DNA of 64,000 nucleotides. Source: Octopus vulgaris (taxonomy: Eukaryota). The notes under the pieces were generated by a model, which was given only the letters and a program-made list of their open reading frames with translations, had not been told where the DNA came from and did no database searches. The number at the start of each line of letters is the position of its first letter. Position 1 is the stretch's first letter. Below, piece by piece: positions 36,669 through 51,565 of this stretch. Where the stretch lies: positions 31,124,001 through 31,188,000 of the forward strand of contig OX597825.1 of NCBI GenBank assembly GCA_951406725.2, written 5' to 3'. Made by a program: the position numbers and the translations under genes.

Positions 36669-37949
36669 ATGGTAGTTTGGACAGTCATGTGACATTCAAC
36701 TAACCAAATTCATAATAATCATATTATTTCTATTTCCTTCTTTCCGCATCCATTTGAAGAAATAGGAATTTGCATCATTAGAACGGTTTACTGATTAAGA
36801 ACAACTGCTTTTTTTACAAAGGGATGATGTCTTGTATAACTAACAACTCAACCATGAGATATTCATGGAGTCTGTGTTTCTTTTTTTAGATAGGTATTTG
36901 CCATTTTATATATTGTCTTTCTTTTTTTGCTGAGTTCCTTTGTTTTTGTTGTTTTTTGGTGGGTTTTGTTTTTTAATGCTTATTCAAAGGAAAAGGTATC
37001 ATCCAACATCCTTTAACTTTTTCATGGCCTCGAGAATCAGATTTATCCATTAAGGGCACCCAGGGCCCAAGGACACACTGGTGGTGACTGTGATGGTGGT
37101 GGTGGTTTCTGCAGCCCCTATTTATTGCAGCCCCTATATATTGCAGGCCCTATTTGTTCCATGTACTTCTCAAGACTTCACAAGACTTTTACTCACTGTT
37201 TCCAGGGCTCCAACAATTATTGGTACTACTATCACCTTTTCAGCGACCACTACTTAACCTCCCAAGCTAACCTTATGGTGGTGGTGGTGTTTGTGGTGGA
37301 CGTTGTGGTGGTCATATTGGTAATGGTTACAGTTTATGGTTATGGTGGTTGTGGTCATGAAGACAAGGAGAACCAAACACAGCAACAACAACTAACACAA
37401 AACAACCAGGAAGCAACCTATCATAGCAGTACCAGTCCATCCATTTACCAAGTAAAAATCAGTCAAAGAGGCTGATGAGGAGAAACAGACTTCATAGAAA
37501 AAAGAAGGAAAAAAATAGACAGAGTAAGAAAACAATAAAAAAGCTAAAAAAAAAAAAAGAACATGAGGTGGGGGTATACTGCCTGCAAAGAAGGAACTCT
37601 TTCTGCTGAAGAAGAGAAAATAGCATATGTAGGAGAGCCAATGACTGAAGAGATAGAGCTAACAGCTGACATCACAAGTAATCACAGCCAATCACAAGCA
37701 AAAACATAGTTCTAAGAAAACAAATAAACAATATACACAAGGAACATCAAAACAAAGTACAGAAGAGGAAGGAAAATGGGATCACATTTTAAGCAGTATG
37801 AAAACAATAGAATAATTGTTCAAATTGCAGATAGACTTCACAGAGCATTATATCCCAATGGTCCAGTTGACATGGACCTATCATTTGCCCTATATTTAAC
37901 ACAAGAACTTCTTATGCAAGATCTTACAATTTCCTAACCTCAACAATAT

Positions 37950-39900
37950 ATGTTGCCTATTCTCTATTTGATGTAATTGGTTCTTAATGCTTGCTCGTGG
38001 GCAGCACAGATTAGAGCCACTGTTTCCAGTTTTAAATCACTTTTAGTCATTCATAGTCATCTTTTTTCTGTGTCTGTCTTACATTCAACATCCCTATGAA
38101 ATCATCCATGCATTCTTTTCTTTATCCACCTATTTTCAGTTTCATTCATTCTCAAGTGCTTGTACAGAAGCCCATCTCTTCTATTTGCTTCATAAACTCC
38201 CCCAACAGTATCACTAGCCCGTAAATACATTTAAGTTTGCCTCTCTTCACGACTAACACCCCACACTTTTTCAGTTCAAACTCCATTCTGTTATCAGCAT
38301 TGAAAGTATACACTGTATCAACAAGGGAACTGACTTGGGATCTATCTTTATCTATTTCTTTATTGCCCACAAGGGGCTAAACAAGTACAGACAAACGGAT
38401 TAAGTCGATTACATCGACCCCAGTGCATCACTGATACTTAATTTATCGACCCCGAGATGATGAAAGGCAAAGTCGACCTCAGCGGAATTTGAACTCAGAA
38501 CGTAGCAGCGAATGAAATACCGCAAAGCATTTCGCCCAGCGTGCTAACGATTCTGCCAGCTCACTGCCTTCTAATAATCCGCCTTGGGATCTATCTTTAC
38601 CATTAAGGTTGAAGTTATCGATGAATAACAAGTGGTTGACTTTTTGTTGATGACTTTTGAATACATACCCAGCATTTGCCTTCCTCAGAATCGATGTTAG
38701 TGGTATCATGCACAGTACAAAGATCAGTACAAAAGCAGTCTCCTTGGAAGATGCCTCTCCTGATTTCTGTTGTCCCTAAGTTTCTTCCACATGCTGTCGA
38801 TTCCATCCTCCACTTCAGCATACTTTTCCCAAGCAACCGCTCAACATTTGATACAATACCAAATAGGTTAACATATTCCATAATCCAATAATGTGGGATC
38901 ATACCATATGCCTTACATTAATCGATCCATGACATGGCTAAGTTAGTTTTCCTCCTCTTGCAGTTTCTAAGGACAGTTTTGTCTACCAGGAGTTGATCTT
39001 GGTACCTCTGCACTTATACTTGCAACCCTTCTGCTTATGTGGCAGGACTCCATTTTTTTTTCAGATGCCGTATCTTACCATCTTTGCTTTCTTTGCAACA
39101 AGGCATTGTTTCATTTCCTCCATTACCATTTTCAGGCCCTTTCTTTCAATATCATACTTCTTATTCAGTGCCCTGTATTTTTGTCCCTTGAGCATGTATT
39201 TAATCCCACCTGTTTTCTTCTTTTCCACCATGGATCTTTTCTTTTGGCACTCCCATTATATTTCTTCTTCTTGACATCAACACCCACATTTTCTGCCACA
39301 AAAATACTTGCTGCCTTGATCAAATTATTTGGTTCTGTGATGATTTTTGTTCTGATATATATCAGAATTTCATTCACATTTTTCTTTTCTTAGTTCAATT
39401 TCCACCGATCAACCTTTTTAAGGTTGCAAATAATGTCACTCTCGTTCTTCTGTAGCATTGCTTTATTCTATTGTAGATTGCTTTTTGCGCATATGACAAT
39501 GTCACCATTAGTTTTATTGTCTTCTTCCAGACCATCTATATGTCACTCATCAAGCAAGCTACCACAGTTTCTTTTCTTGTGGTTTATTAGAGATCTCACC
39601 TGGTTTCTGCTATGAGATTACTTTCATCAGTAATAACTGTATTTTCATCATTTCTTCTGCTGCTGTTTTCCAATACGTGTCTTTTGATAGCTTAGAGGTC
39701 TACTTCTGTGAACCAATGATTTTTTTTCTTATTGCTCTAGCTTGATTACATTAATCTCTGTTCCATGAGTTGAAACAATCCTTTTTCTCTCTATTGATCA
39801 TTGTCAGTATCCTCTAGCATGAGCACCATTTCGTCTACAGGGTTGCTCAGGTAGTACCACTCCATGACCACAGCATTGACTTGTTTGTTCCATCTACTCC
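37950..39900 (-). mobile_element. Decayed, internally deleted Dong/R4-clade LINE (RT region)
   Basis: WIDxxKAYGMIPHYWI, EIRRGIFQGD, KVNHLLFIDN, MEFELKKCGVLVVKRGK, and ETVALICAAHEQALRTN near 37985-38025. Confidence 0.88.
38351..38582 (-). mobile_element. Nin/Deu-domain SINE inserted in the Dong RT with a 17-bp TSD
   Basis: TSD CTTGGGATCTATCTTTA at 38334-38350 and 38583-38599; the body matches 5421-5642. Confidence 0.92.
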
Positions 39901-40924
39901 ATGTGTGCTAGTCCATTGCTGGATAACTGCAGGCTGGAGCCGGACTAGTATCTCTGAGTCTGCCAGGTCCAGCACTGTCACGATCAAGGGCTTCAGTTTC
40001 ATTACCACCACTATTCACAACATTTTGTTTTTTCATTGTCACTTATATGAGGTAGCGATTATCAGGTTGTGCAATTACCAGTGTTTTTATTGTGACACCA
40101 TCACTAGATGTATCATCGATCAAGACATGGGGAGATTCCAACCACTTCCTTTCATTATTATTAGTATCATCACTGATATTATTATTTTCACTTTTCACCA
40201 CTTGTCATTATTAATATTTTCTCTGATCCAATATGAATTTTGGTTGTCATTAACACTTTCATGTTAGTACTAGGCTCTGGGCCTTATCTGTTAGCATAAA
40301 CAATTTGATAGAGCACCACTTCTATATTTAAAAACAAATAAATGTAGTCAAACGAGACAAAGAAACAAACAGAAAACTATTATCTACCTCTGTTTTTTCT
40401 ATGGGGGCGGGGTATATATTTGTTTAATGCCGGGGGAAATATATACATTTCTGTTTAGTGCTTTTGTGATCAATAATGACTAGTTTTTGTCATTTGATTT
40501 TATTTAATTTGCTTATGTGTGTGTGTGTGTGTGTGTGTGTGCACTTGTTTACACATTACTTAATGTTATTTTGAAATATTAAAATGTGTTCATGCAAAAC
40601 TGGGGTGTATATGTAATTAATTATTTTATGTAATTATGTGTTTGTGATGTGTACTTGATCGGATATAGACCAATATGTTTACATGTGTTGTGCGAATGAT
40701 GGAAGTGACACACAGTTAAAATACATCATTTCATTCAGGAAATAGAAATAAATTTTAACGAGTATTACTTACTCGGATATAGTCCAACACTTTGTCGGTT
40801 ATTTTAGGCTCCATTTGTTGTCTTTATTCCCAATGTTTTTGGATAGGTTTCGGAGCAGTGTTTTATCACTCTCACATGTTAAAGGTTCTTTATGTTCTCC
40901 ATTTTCATTATTATTTATTTATTC

Positions 40925-40961
<37 letters not shown>

Positions 40962-40962
<1 letters not shown>

Positions 40963-41528
40963 GAGTGAGAGAGCAGTGCATGCCATCAAAGTGACACTGG
41001 GGTAAAATATACGAAACCCAGTATACCCATCATGACTACCCATCTGATAAGGATACACCAGGCACATGCATCACAACCATATGTGCACGACATGGTGATC
41101 TCATATCAAGATAAACAGCACATGACCTTGCAGGTGGGTCCCAGTTAGAATTTTCTTCAGGTTGAGTAGCCCAGCCCACTCAAAACGTCCCTGAATAAGA
41201 GTTGTTTAAGGATGTTGAATGAAACACCTATGTTTCCAGAGGTGAATTATTCAACCCCAAAGAATCCCTCTCAACACATGGCTATGATGCTCCCCGCTAC
41301 TTCTGTTTGTGATCAGAGATGCACATATTGTCAGCCACTAAGAGACATGCTCAACTGGTTAAGGTCAAACAACTGACAAGCAAATCTGTGGTATTGAGCA
41401 GAATATTTGCTGTAGCCCATCTTTTATACCAAGACAAAACAATGTACAGGATAACACTTCCAATCAGTTAACATGATAACAGTTCCAATCAGAAGCCACA
41501 AGAGCCACTGCCTGGTACTGCATCAGGG
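40962..41528 (-). mobile_element. ~560-bp non-coding retroposon with (TAA)n tail (family D)
   Basis: Reverse complement of 57440-57990; its 3' end CTCTCACTC abuts (TAA)n. Confidence 0.82.
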
Positions 41529-41607
41529 TATGATTGTCCCCCTTCCTCTAAATTTCAAACCTTGTGCCTATAATAGAAAGGACTGCTATTATCTTTACCA
41601 TTATTAC

Positions 41608-41652
<45 letters not shown>

Positions 41653-42163
41653 CATTATTATTACTATTACTGTTATTATTAGTATTAGTATTAGTATTAT
41701 TATTATTACTTATCACATAATTATTTAATTATAAGAGCTAACTCCTGTATATTTACATAGTTTTGCATACATTTTGATTGTATTATTTTTTTTTTCCAAT
41801 TCCAGCTCTGGCACCAAAGATGAAACGACAATAAAGATTTTGCGAAAGGAATGGGTTATATTTGTTGTTTTTATTTTGGGATTTTTCTTGCGTGTGTTTT
41901 TCTTTTCCCTTCCTGAAATTATCAAATATATTATATGGAGAGATTTTATATTCACTTCAATCATTTGAAGCAATAATCCACAAGATGGGGGTGTATTGGT
42001 GATTGAGTGTGTACGATTGACTGTAAATGCTTGTGAATATTAAGTCTGAGTACAGATAAGATATATATATATATACACAGACACATATATGTAATGTATA
42101 TAGGATATACATAATTATATATGGTATATAACATACGTATGTATTATATATGGAATGTGTGCG

Positions 42164-42195
<32 letters not shown>

Positions 42196-42229
42196 CACAC
42201 ATACGTATATATATATGTATGCATGCATG

Positions 42230-42271
<42 letters not shown>

Positions 42272-43069
42272 TGTTGTATGTTTATGTATACATATGTATA
42301 TGATATATATATATATATACATACATATATCATATACATATATATATATATACAAATATATAAGAAAGTCACATATATACGTATGTATGATATAGATATA
42401 CACACATACATATAAATGAATACACAAATACATAAACACACACACAGACTCACATACTGATTATGATGGGGAGGAGGAGGAGTATAATGAATATGATGAT
42501 GATGATGATGTTTCTATATAAAAGGCACACATACAAGTGCACTCACACACAAATACATTCAAAATGAAAGCAAGAATGAATGAAAGGAAAAAAAATAGAA
42601 AAGTGGACAAACAGACAGACAAACAAATTCTCTAGTGGTGATTGTGTTTTGATATCTCTGATTATGGTAGTCATGATAAACTGTTGTTATGATGACGATG
42701 ACAAGTTCAATGATAAAGATGGCAAATCTTGAATCTTTGTGAAGACAAATCCAGTACCATAATATCCTCACTTTCCTGAATACAGCTCTGTCATAGCCCC
42801 TTTTATACTTCACCCTGAGCCATCTGATATCCATCATTCACATTTTTATCATTTATCTGACTCAATTGCTATCCATCACTTTCTCCCCCCCCCCCCCTTC
42901 AATCACTCTGTAACCCCAATCATTCCATTTCTGCTGACACATTTCTTGTTCCCTCTTCTACACATCCTGGTTCTTCAACTGTCGTTTCTATATCACCTGT
43001 TCATCTCCTGTCACATATCATATTTTCCAGGATAGAAGTTAAATTTTTCAGACCAAAATTTACTGCCAG

Positions 43070-44025
43070 ATAAAATACCATAAAAGACCCATGTAATTTA
43101 TGCATTTTTTGCAAAAATAAAAATAAACTTTAGGGGGTGCATAAATTACACGAGAAGATCATTTCAGAATTGTTTTTGAAATTTTTTTTTTTCGTTAGAG
43201 AAAGACATACAAAATGTAAAAATTCGTACCAGAAGTTGACTCATTTAATGTCAGAATTGGTTTTTACTGAAAAAATAATGGCTTAAATATGCATAAAGAA
43301 GTTGACTTTTATTTATGCTGGACAGTAGAATGCTTACATTTTCTGTATAAATTTACTAAAACCATTAAATGGTTAACTAGTTTTTGAAGTCTGATATTCA
43401 TGCTGGTAAACACAGTCTGGGTAATATTTTACATTGCTTGGAGTTTCTACCTATCACAATGGAGCACATATTTAATTTCTTCTTCGCAGTAAACAATTCA
43501 TAAGTTCTGCTCATACTGACAATAATGGTAAGACAAATTTCCAAGTTTGCTTGACATTTTATAAGTGTGAAAGGGATTAAAATTTTGATACTCTGTATCA
43601 AATGTCTTGACAAGAATAGTGGGGAAAGAATTCTGTTTACATAATCAGTTTGATCGCTCAGTCACTCACCTTCTTTTATTGGTTGAGTAAAGTGTCATCC
43701 AAGCTGATGTTTATTGGTAATTAAACTTAATTTGCAATACCTGTGATTGGATTTTAGAAGACATACAGCAGTATGCTAAAGATTGGACATAATCTCTTGT
43801 GGGCAAGAAATGTAAAATTAAGTTTATGATAAACAACACAAACATTTTGTAATTTAATAGCTTTGATAGCCTGTTAAGCTGAAATTATTTTTATTTAATG
43901 AAAATTTAATAAAATCTTATCATAAGTAAGTGAAATTATGCTAAATACAACCAAATTGAAAACCTTTTTCCCAGATTTGATCCAATGAACTAGATGTGGC
44001 CCATCGGCTATAGTTTTGGCCAAGA
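43070..44025. mobile_element. Old DNA-transposon remnants (pogo/Tc2-like end, then possible hAT pieces)
   Basis: TTTAGGGGGTGCATAAATTACACGAG resembles a pogo-type subterminal motif. GTGGCCCATCGGCTATAGTTTTGGCCA resembles a hAT end, and ORF 43398..43613 weakly resembles a hAT dimerisation domain. Confidence 0.3.
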
Positions 44026-45809
44026 GAATAAATCATTAGACCCTACATGAAACAATCATCATCATCATTGTTTAACGTCTGCTTTCCATGCTAGCATGGG
44101 TTGGACGATTTGACTGAGGACTGGCGAACCAGATGGCTGCGCCAGGCTCCAATCTGATCTGGCAGAGTTTCTACAGCTGGATGCCCTTCCTAACAATGGT
44201 TAATGAATTTGATTTCTGCAGTCAAAGAACATGTACACACACACATCTGCAGAAAATACAGAACATATAACTTCACTTCAACCCACCACAAATCCAATCG
44301 GACAAAAAGAAAAAAAAATCAGGAACATTGAACAAATATACAACAAAAAAATTAGCTCTGTACCAATATACAGTTATTTCCGTATATAAAGAGAAAGTAT
44401 TCTTCCGTTTGTCTTCAAATGCGGAATAAAATTATATATGCTCTGCAAACACATCTTGTACACAACACTAACCTTGCTATAAAACATAAAGCAATAACAC
44501 GATTTGCACTTGATATGCTACACACACACACACACACACATATCTCCTTATGTACGTATGCTATATATACATATGCATGTATATACATACATATGTATGT
44601 ACATACACATACAGATATATATATATTTATATATGTATGTATGTAGGTATGTAGGTATGTATGTATATGGTTCATGTCTTCTGTTCCTCACATATCCTTT
44701 AGATATTCAATGTTTCAAAGACTAAACATACTAGTTAATATGATAGGCTAGGTAAAGGTGGAACACTATATTTTATTATAAAAAGGAAAAGAAAAAAAAA
44801 ACATGGAAAAGTATTTTCTTTATCTTGATAACTTCGTCAACCTACCCACCCACACAAAGAAATATTTATATATGTATATGTATTATATATACATATACAT
44901 ATACATACACACACGCCTATAAATATGTGTATATAATTATATATTCATATATATTTACACACACATATACACAAATTTATATATACATTAATATACTAAT
45001 ATATACATACTTAGTTGGAGATATATATATGTACATATATATTTTAATATACATACAATTGCAAATTAATATACATATATACAGACATGTAAACATATAT
45101 GTTTACATATACATATATGCATGTATATGCTTATACATTTTAGTAAGCATACATATATAAAATATCTAGCAATCTATATACATACATATCATCATTATTT
45201 GAATGTCCACTTTCCATGCAGGTAAGAGTCAAATGTAATTCATTGAGGCAGATTTTCTATGGCCAGACATCCTTCCTATTTGCAAGCAAGGTAACGTTTC
45301 CTCAAGTCTGGATATGCTTTCACAGTAATTAGAAATGAAGGACATGGCTTGTATGGTGGTTATACTCATATCCATCTCTCACACAATGACAAGAGATGGG
45401 GACACATATTCACATACACGCATATTTATACAATCAGTTTGTTTCAGATTCCATCTACCAAAACTGCTCACAAGGATTCTGGGGCCCCATGGCTATAGTA
45501 AAAACACTTGTACAAGGTACAACACAATGGGACCAAACCCATGGTTGGGAAGAATGGGAAATGAACTTTTCAACCATGGGTGTGCCTATACCTACACCTA
45601 GTGAGATTCTTAACTACACAAATTTGTGGAGGAAGCTGACCCTTACTAAAAGAAAAACAGATAAGGGTTAGCAACATGAGGAGCATCTAGCAGAAAACAA
45701 ATCTTCAATAATATATTCATGTAACCCATGCCAGCAATGGAATATACATAGAAAAACAAATGAAGACATGTGTGTGTAATAATGTATATTTATATATCTA
45801 TATCTATCT

Positions 45810-45862
<53 letters not shown>

Positions 45863-46483
45863 CACACACAGACACACACACACAACACGTATATAATACA
45901 TGCGTATTAATACATATATAAACGATGATGATGATGACAATGGTACATATATATATATACATATACATACAAATATTTATATACATATATATGCACATGT
46001 ATATATATATATATATACACACACACACAAACATGTATACACACATACACATTTATATATAACTTATATTTGTGTATGTGTGTGTGAGTATGTGTAACAT
46101 GTATGTGTGTGTGTGCGTACAAGAGAAGAAACACACAAAAATAAAATGAAGAGAACACAGTAGTTTATTTAATATCACCTGAAGACTGTACAAAGATTGC
46201 TTCTGTTGCTTCTCTTCCATATGAATAGAGTTCATAGTTGAAACTTATGAAATATGAGCTTAGAGTCTGAGGCAAACATACAAACTGAAAACGTGTAAAG
46301 GTTAATACTAACCTACACCCATATCTTCTATTTTTTCTCTCTACTTTGCAAAGCACTTTAGTTATAAGTAGCTGAAAATGATTGTCACATGAATGGCCCA
46401 AGTTATATGAGTCTACCATCAATGTGCACTTGTAGTCCTGTGAATATTCTTCGTATATGGGTTCCTTCATGAGTTACTCTCTA

Positions 46484-46878
46484 CTCTTTACGCTTTTACT
46501 TGTTTCAGTCATTTGACTGCAGCCATGCTGGAGCACCGCCTTTAATCGAGCAACTCGACCCCAGGACTTATTCTTTTGTAAGCCCAGTACTTATTCTCTT
46601 TTTGCCGAACCGCTAAGTAACGGGAACATAAACACACCAGCATCGGTTGTCAAGCAATGCTAGGGGTACAAACACAGACACACAAACACACACATGCATA
46701 TATATATATACATATATACGATGGGCTTCTTTCAGTTTCCGTCTACCAAATCCACTCACAAGGCTTTGGTCAGCCCGAGGCTATAGTAGAAGACACTTGC
46801 CCAAGGTGCCACATAGTGGGACTGAACCCGGAACCATGTGGTTGGTAAACAAGCTACTTACCACACAACCACTCCTTG
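46484..46878 (-). mobile_element. Near full-length family A SINE
   Basis: Reverse complement of 12893-13311. Confidence 0.88.
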
Positions 46879-48912
46879 TTTTCTATCTAAATGTCTCATC
46901 TCGTTCCTTCAGTGTGCTTTTGTTTTCCATGCATGTCATGTCCATGTCCCATGATAGATGAGCTGACAGGATCCAATGAGCCCAAGGACTACATTGTGCT
47001 TCAATGTCTGTTTTGGCATAGCTTCAACAACTGGATCTTATACTTAACACTACCCACTTTACAGCATGTACTAGGTGCTTCCTTTCCTTTGTTTGAGCCA
47101 CCAGTACTAGTCAGGTTGCTATGCAGCTTCACGAGTGAGGCCATGTAGCTTTATCAATCCATAGCCAGTTTTGCACAACCTCCAACACTTCCTTATGCAT
47201 CTACTTCATTCACTCGTTTCTTTTTATGTCTGTTTCTCTATACCGGTATGGGTGAGATGAATACATCGTTGAAGAATAATTTTACAGCCTGATGTCTTAC
47301 CTGTCATTAACCCTCACCTGTTTTCATGAAAATGATCTTTTATTCCGTGACAAGCTGATGATCTTTTGACAGAAGAGACATCACCCCTCAAAGGTTTCAA
47401 CTTCCACAGAAGTGAACACAGGTATAAAACAAGCACACATGTACGCATCCACACAGACACACACACACACACACACACATACACATATGAGAGTCTTCTT
47501 TCAGTTTCTGTCTATGAAATCCACTCAGAGTGCTTTGGTTAGCCACAGGCTATTACAGAAGACACCTACGCAAGGCCCCATGGAGTAGGGCTGAACCCGA
47601 AACCATGTGGTTGAGAAAGCAAACTTCCAAAACCCACAAACAAGCCCATAGCCTTCTAAATAAAAGAAAGGATCTTGTTTACTGATCTCAGTTTGTGCCT
47701 GGAGATTGAGAGAGGATATTTGTGATTGACGGACAGGATCGCCCAGAGTCTGTTGAATTTCTTGCAACCTTTTCATGACAGTCACCTTTGTATCAGGCCC
47801 CAGGAGACTCAATCACCAGGAATATGAACTCTATGTATACATTTCATCTCATATGTTTTTCCTTTTTCTGTTGGTTCTTTTCATGTAAACCCCACGCATT
47901 TTATGTGACTTGTCTTTGTAAAAATCTTGGCTGAAGCAAATAAAAATCATCACCATAATCATTACCATCATCACCACCACCATCACCAACAACAACAACA
48001 TCAACAACAATTGCTCCACCACTACGTCTTGGTTTAGTCAAAATACAGGTATTTCATGTCATAAGTTTATTTCTCTTTTTATTTATTTATTTATTTATTT
48101 ATTTAATTATTTATTACATTGTTATTCCCATTCTGTTTTATCCAATATTCTGCCACTTTTCAGTTCAGTTGTTTTGCTTTCGATTAACATAACACTTTAC
48201 CAAACTACACAGCATTTGTTGATAATAGGAACTTGGAAAGGAAAGAGTCTGTTGCTGCTTATTTCTTTGCACTTTCTTTCTTTCTTTCCATTTTATTATA
48301 TTTTTGCATCCATAATGATTCTAACACAGTTTAGAAACGGTACTGGAATTATATGCCTAGGTAACTGGAAATTATAGCTTCACTTGCTTTCATACCTGTC
48401 TTCAATGTCTCCAGTTGAGGAATCCCAAGGCAGTACCAGAAATATCAGCTGATGATTTTAGCTCTATGAAGACTAAACTGTGGAGTTATATTTATCTCTG
48501 AAATTACAGATAAGCAACTAAATCTTCCACATTTAAATAGTTGGTAGGTACAGACATAGCTTATAGGCAGCACTGTTAGTACTTGACATTAATTATTGGC
48601 CAAATTTTTTAGCAAGTGACTTCAGTCAAAAATGGGTGCATATTTCTTGAGCTTCATATACACCCTGATAGCCAATAGTAGAAACTTATTTTTAAATTTC
48701 AATTTATATTGATTTCTCTGTCCACCTGTATGTTTACATATTAGGCACAGATATGGCTGTGTGGTGAATTAACAAGTTCATTTTGCAACCAGGTGGTTTG
48801 GGGTTTATTCTTACTATGTGGCACCTTAAGCAAGTATCTCTTACTATAGCCCCAAGCTGACCAAAGCCTTGAGAGTCGATTTGGTAGACGGAAACTGAAG
48901 ATGTCCATTACA

Positions 48913-48969
<57 letters not shown>

Positions 48970-48974
48970 TTACA

Positions 48975-49532
48975 TAGGTGCATCTTATGAAGTTTCTACC
49001 AATGCCTTTTCTACAGATTGGGCAAGACCATCTACCTAAGGGATTTGTGATTTGTCCACCCTCATACTTACTAAGACTTTGGTTTGTGCTAGGTTACACT
49101 CTAAGGCCCTTTGATTCTAGACCTTGCTTCCATATTTGGAACTTCTCTAGTTCTGGTAGTGATTCAGCTATAAGAGCAAAGTCATCAGCATAGAGGAGCT
49201 CCCAGGGGCAACCTGTCTTAAATTCCTCTGTTATTGCCTAGAGGACTATGATGAACAAGAGGGACTAAGTACCAATCTTTGGTGAACCCCTACTTGTACC
49301 CTGAATTCTTCACTATACTTAGTGCCAACTCTCACCTTACTGGTGACATCCCTGTACATGGCTTGTACAGCTCTCACCAACCACTCATCTATCCCTGGTT
49401 TCCACACTGACCACAAGATAAGGGATCAGGGAATCTTGTCAAAGGCTTTCTTCAAGTCAACAAAAGCCAAAAACAGAGGCTTGTCTTTGGTTATGTATTT
49501 CTCCTGCAGCTGCCTTACCAGAAATATAGCAT
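48975..49532 (-). mobile_element. RTE-clade LINE, reverse transcriptase fragment
   Basis: Minus strand AFVDLKKAFDKIP, YSEEFRVQVGVHQ, LSPLLFIIV, FKTGCPWELLYADDFALIAESLPELEK, KGLRV.LAQTK and CPICRKGIG. Confidence 0.9.
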
Positions 49533-49915
49533 TGGTAGTTGGGAAGCAAACTTCTTACCACACAGCCACACCTGCAGGCTCTTCTATTTCACAGTTTGCA
49601 GTTGAAAATACCTCATGTGCTGAACAAATTAATATAGTTCTATATATTTTACAGTCTTAAAAAAGACAATTGTCATAGTTTGATCATTTTCAAATCACAG
49701 ATCTGTTCAGGCAAGGTTTGCTAAGGTCCCAACAACAGACCCCTGCACTAGTTTATTTTGATAAATTCCTTAAATTAAATTCACTCAACAGCCAGGCTGC
49801 CTTTGCCCTTCACCCAAGAACAGATACAAATGTGGAAATTCTGTAAACCTATCAAAACCATGCAAGCATAGAATAGACATAGAACGGTAGAGAGAAGAAT
49901 TTAACAAAAGATTAC

Positions 49916-49960
<45 letters not shown>

Positions 49961-50989
49961 TGATAATAATAATAATAATGATAATAATAATAATAATTAT
50001 AAATAAATAATAAATTTGAAATAATAGTTGAACTAAACTCTAAAAAAATATATAAATGCAGAGATTATGAAACCCAAGCTCTGTTAGAATTCATGTTGTT
50101 CTCTGTTTGCTGGCAATTTCTTTGTTTCATTCTCTTCTCTCTCTAACTCACATACACTCACATGCACACTCCCCCCCTCTCTCTCTCTCTCATACACACA
50201 CATACACAAAGACTCAGTGGCAAACTCACACACACACACACACACACATAAAGATACACATACTCACATAAATTTCTACTCCATTTTGGAATTACTATTG
50301 AGAGGTTATATTTTAGACATGTAAGCGTTAGATTATTTTAAAATCTTTTCAGTACATTTTTGAACACGTTTTAGCCATTAAATCAAAAATGTATTTCTCG
50401 AGAATAACGTTTGCAAACACACAAAAAAAAAACAAAAAAAAAAATAAAGAAAGAAAAAAGAAAAAGAAAATTCTAAAACTATCTTGAAAGACACACACAC
50501 ACACACACTCACACAAACACACATGTACACACATATACACACCACATGCACACGCACACACAGAGGAAAAAATGATAGACATTAAAAAAGAAAAATATAA
50601 AAACTATAAAAAAAAATAGTAAATAATAATACAACACACCAAAAAGAACATTTGTTTTAAGAATATATAGCATAGCTGTTGTGTTTTATATTAATTATAG
50701 ATTCAATTAAAACAAGAATAATGGGTATTCATTAATTCAGAATTACAAAATCAGAGGAACATAAATTTCTGAATATCTATTCTCACAAATGATGATTAGA
50801 AAATTGTATCAAATGTTTAAGTGACAGCATCAGGCGATTAGGGGGAACTTATCAGCATCAGGCGATTAGGGGAGCTTATCAGATAAATATGGACCATAAA
50901 TCAGATGTTGAACAGACCTTGGCAGATGATAAGAAGAATACCTGAAATGATTAGAGGGTATCACCACAAAATGAAAAGATGTTTTGAGA

Positions 50990-51380
50990 TGAGTACAACA
51001 CAATATGACTTGAGAAGGATACCAGATGATTAAAACACACTACCAGATGAACAGAGAACTGTACCAGATTATAAGAGTACAGTACAAGATGATTAAAGCA
51101 ATTTACCAGATGATTGGAGAACTGTACAAGATGAACAGAGAACTGTACCAGATTATAAGAGCACAGTACAAGATGATTAAAGCTATTTACCAGATGATTA
51201 GAGAACTGTACAAGATGAATAGAGAACCATACTAGATTATAAGAGCACAGTACAAGATGACTGAAGCAATTTACCAGATGATTGGAGAACTGTTCTAAAT
51301 GATTGAAGACTAATACCAGATGATTAGAGGGATGTATCAGATGACTAGGTGACCCTGTAAGATGATTAGAGGAATGTATG
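50990..51380. repeat. 21-bp minisatellite with an 84-bp higher-order repeat (x3, 51041-51292)
   Basis: The monomers TACCAGATGAACAGAGAACTG, TACCAGATTATAAGAGYACAG, TACAAGATGATTAAAGCAATT and TACCAGATGATTGGAGAACTG recur in the same order three times. Confidence 0.92.
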
Positions 51381-51499
51381 AAATTAGCACCAGGTGATAA
51401 TAGGATGAAGTCAATTCACCAACAGTTCCATAATCTGATTACAGGACTGCCAGAGATAGTAACTGTTAATCCCTCATTAGCATCACACAAACACACACA

Positions 51500-51543
<44 letters not shown>

Positions 51544-51565
51544 CACACACATATACACATATATA

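Noticed and set aside
37470-37495. CTGATGAGGAGAAAC hammerhead-like core
   Set aside because: There is no room for stem II and no stem I pairing.
40290-40885. Possible TIR element with repeated CGGATATAG.CCAA
   Set aside because: End similarity is too weak and no TSD could be defined.
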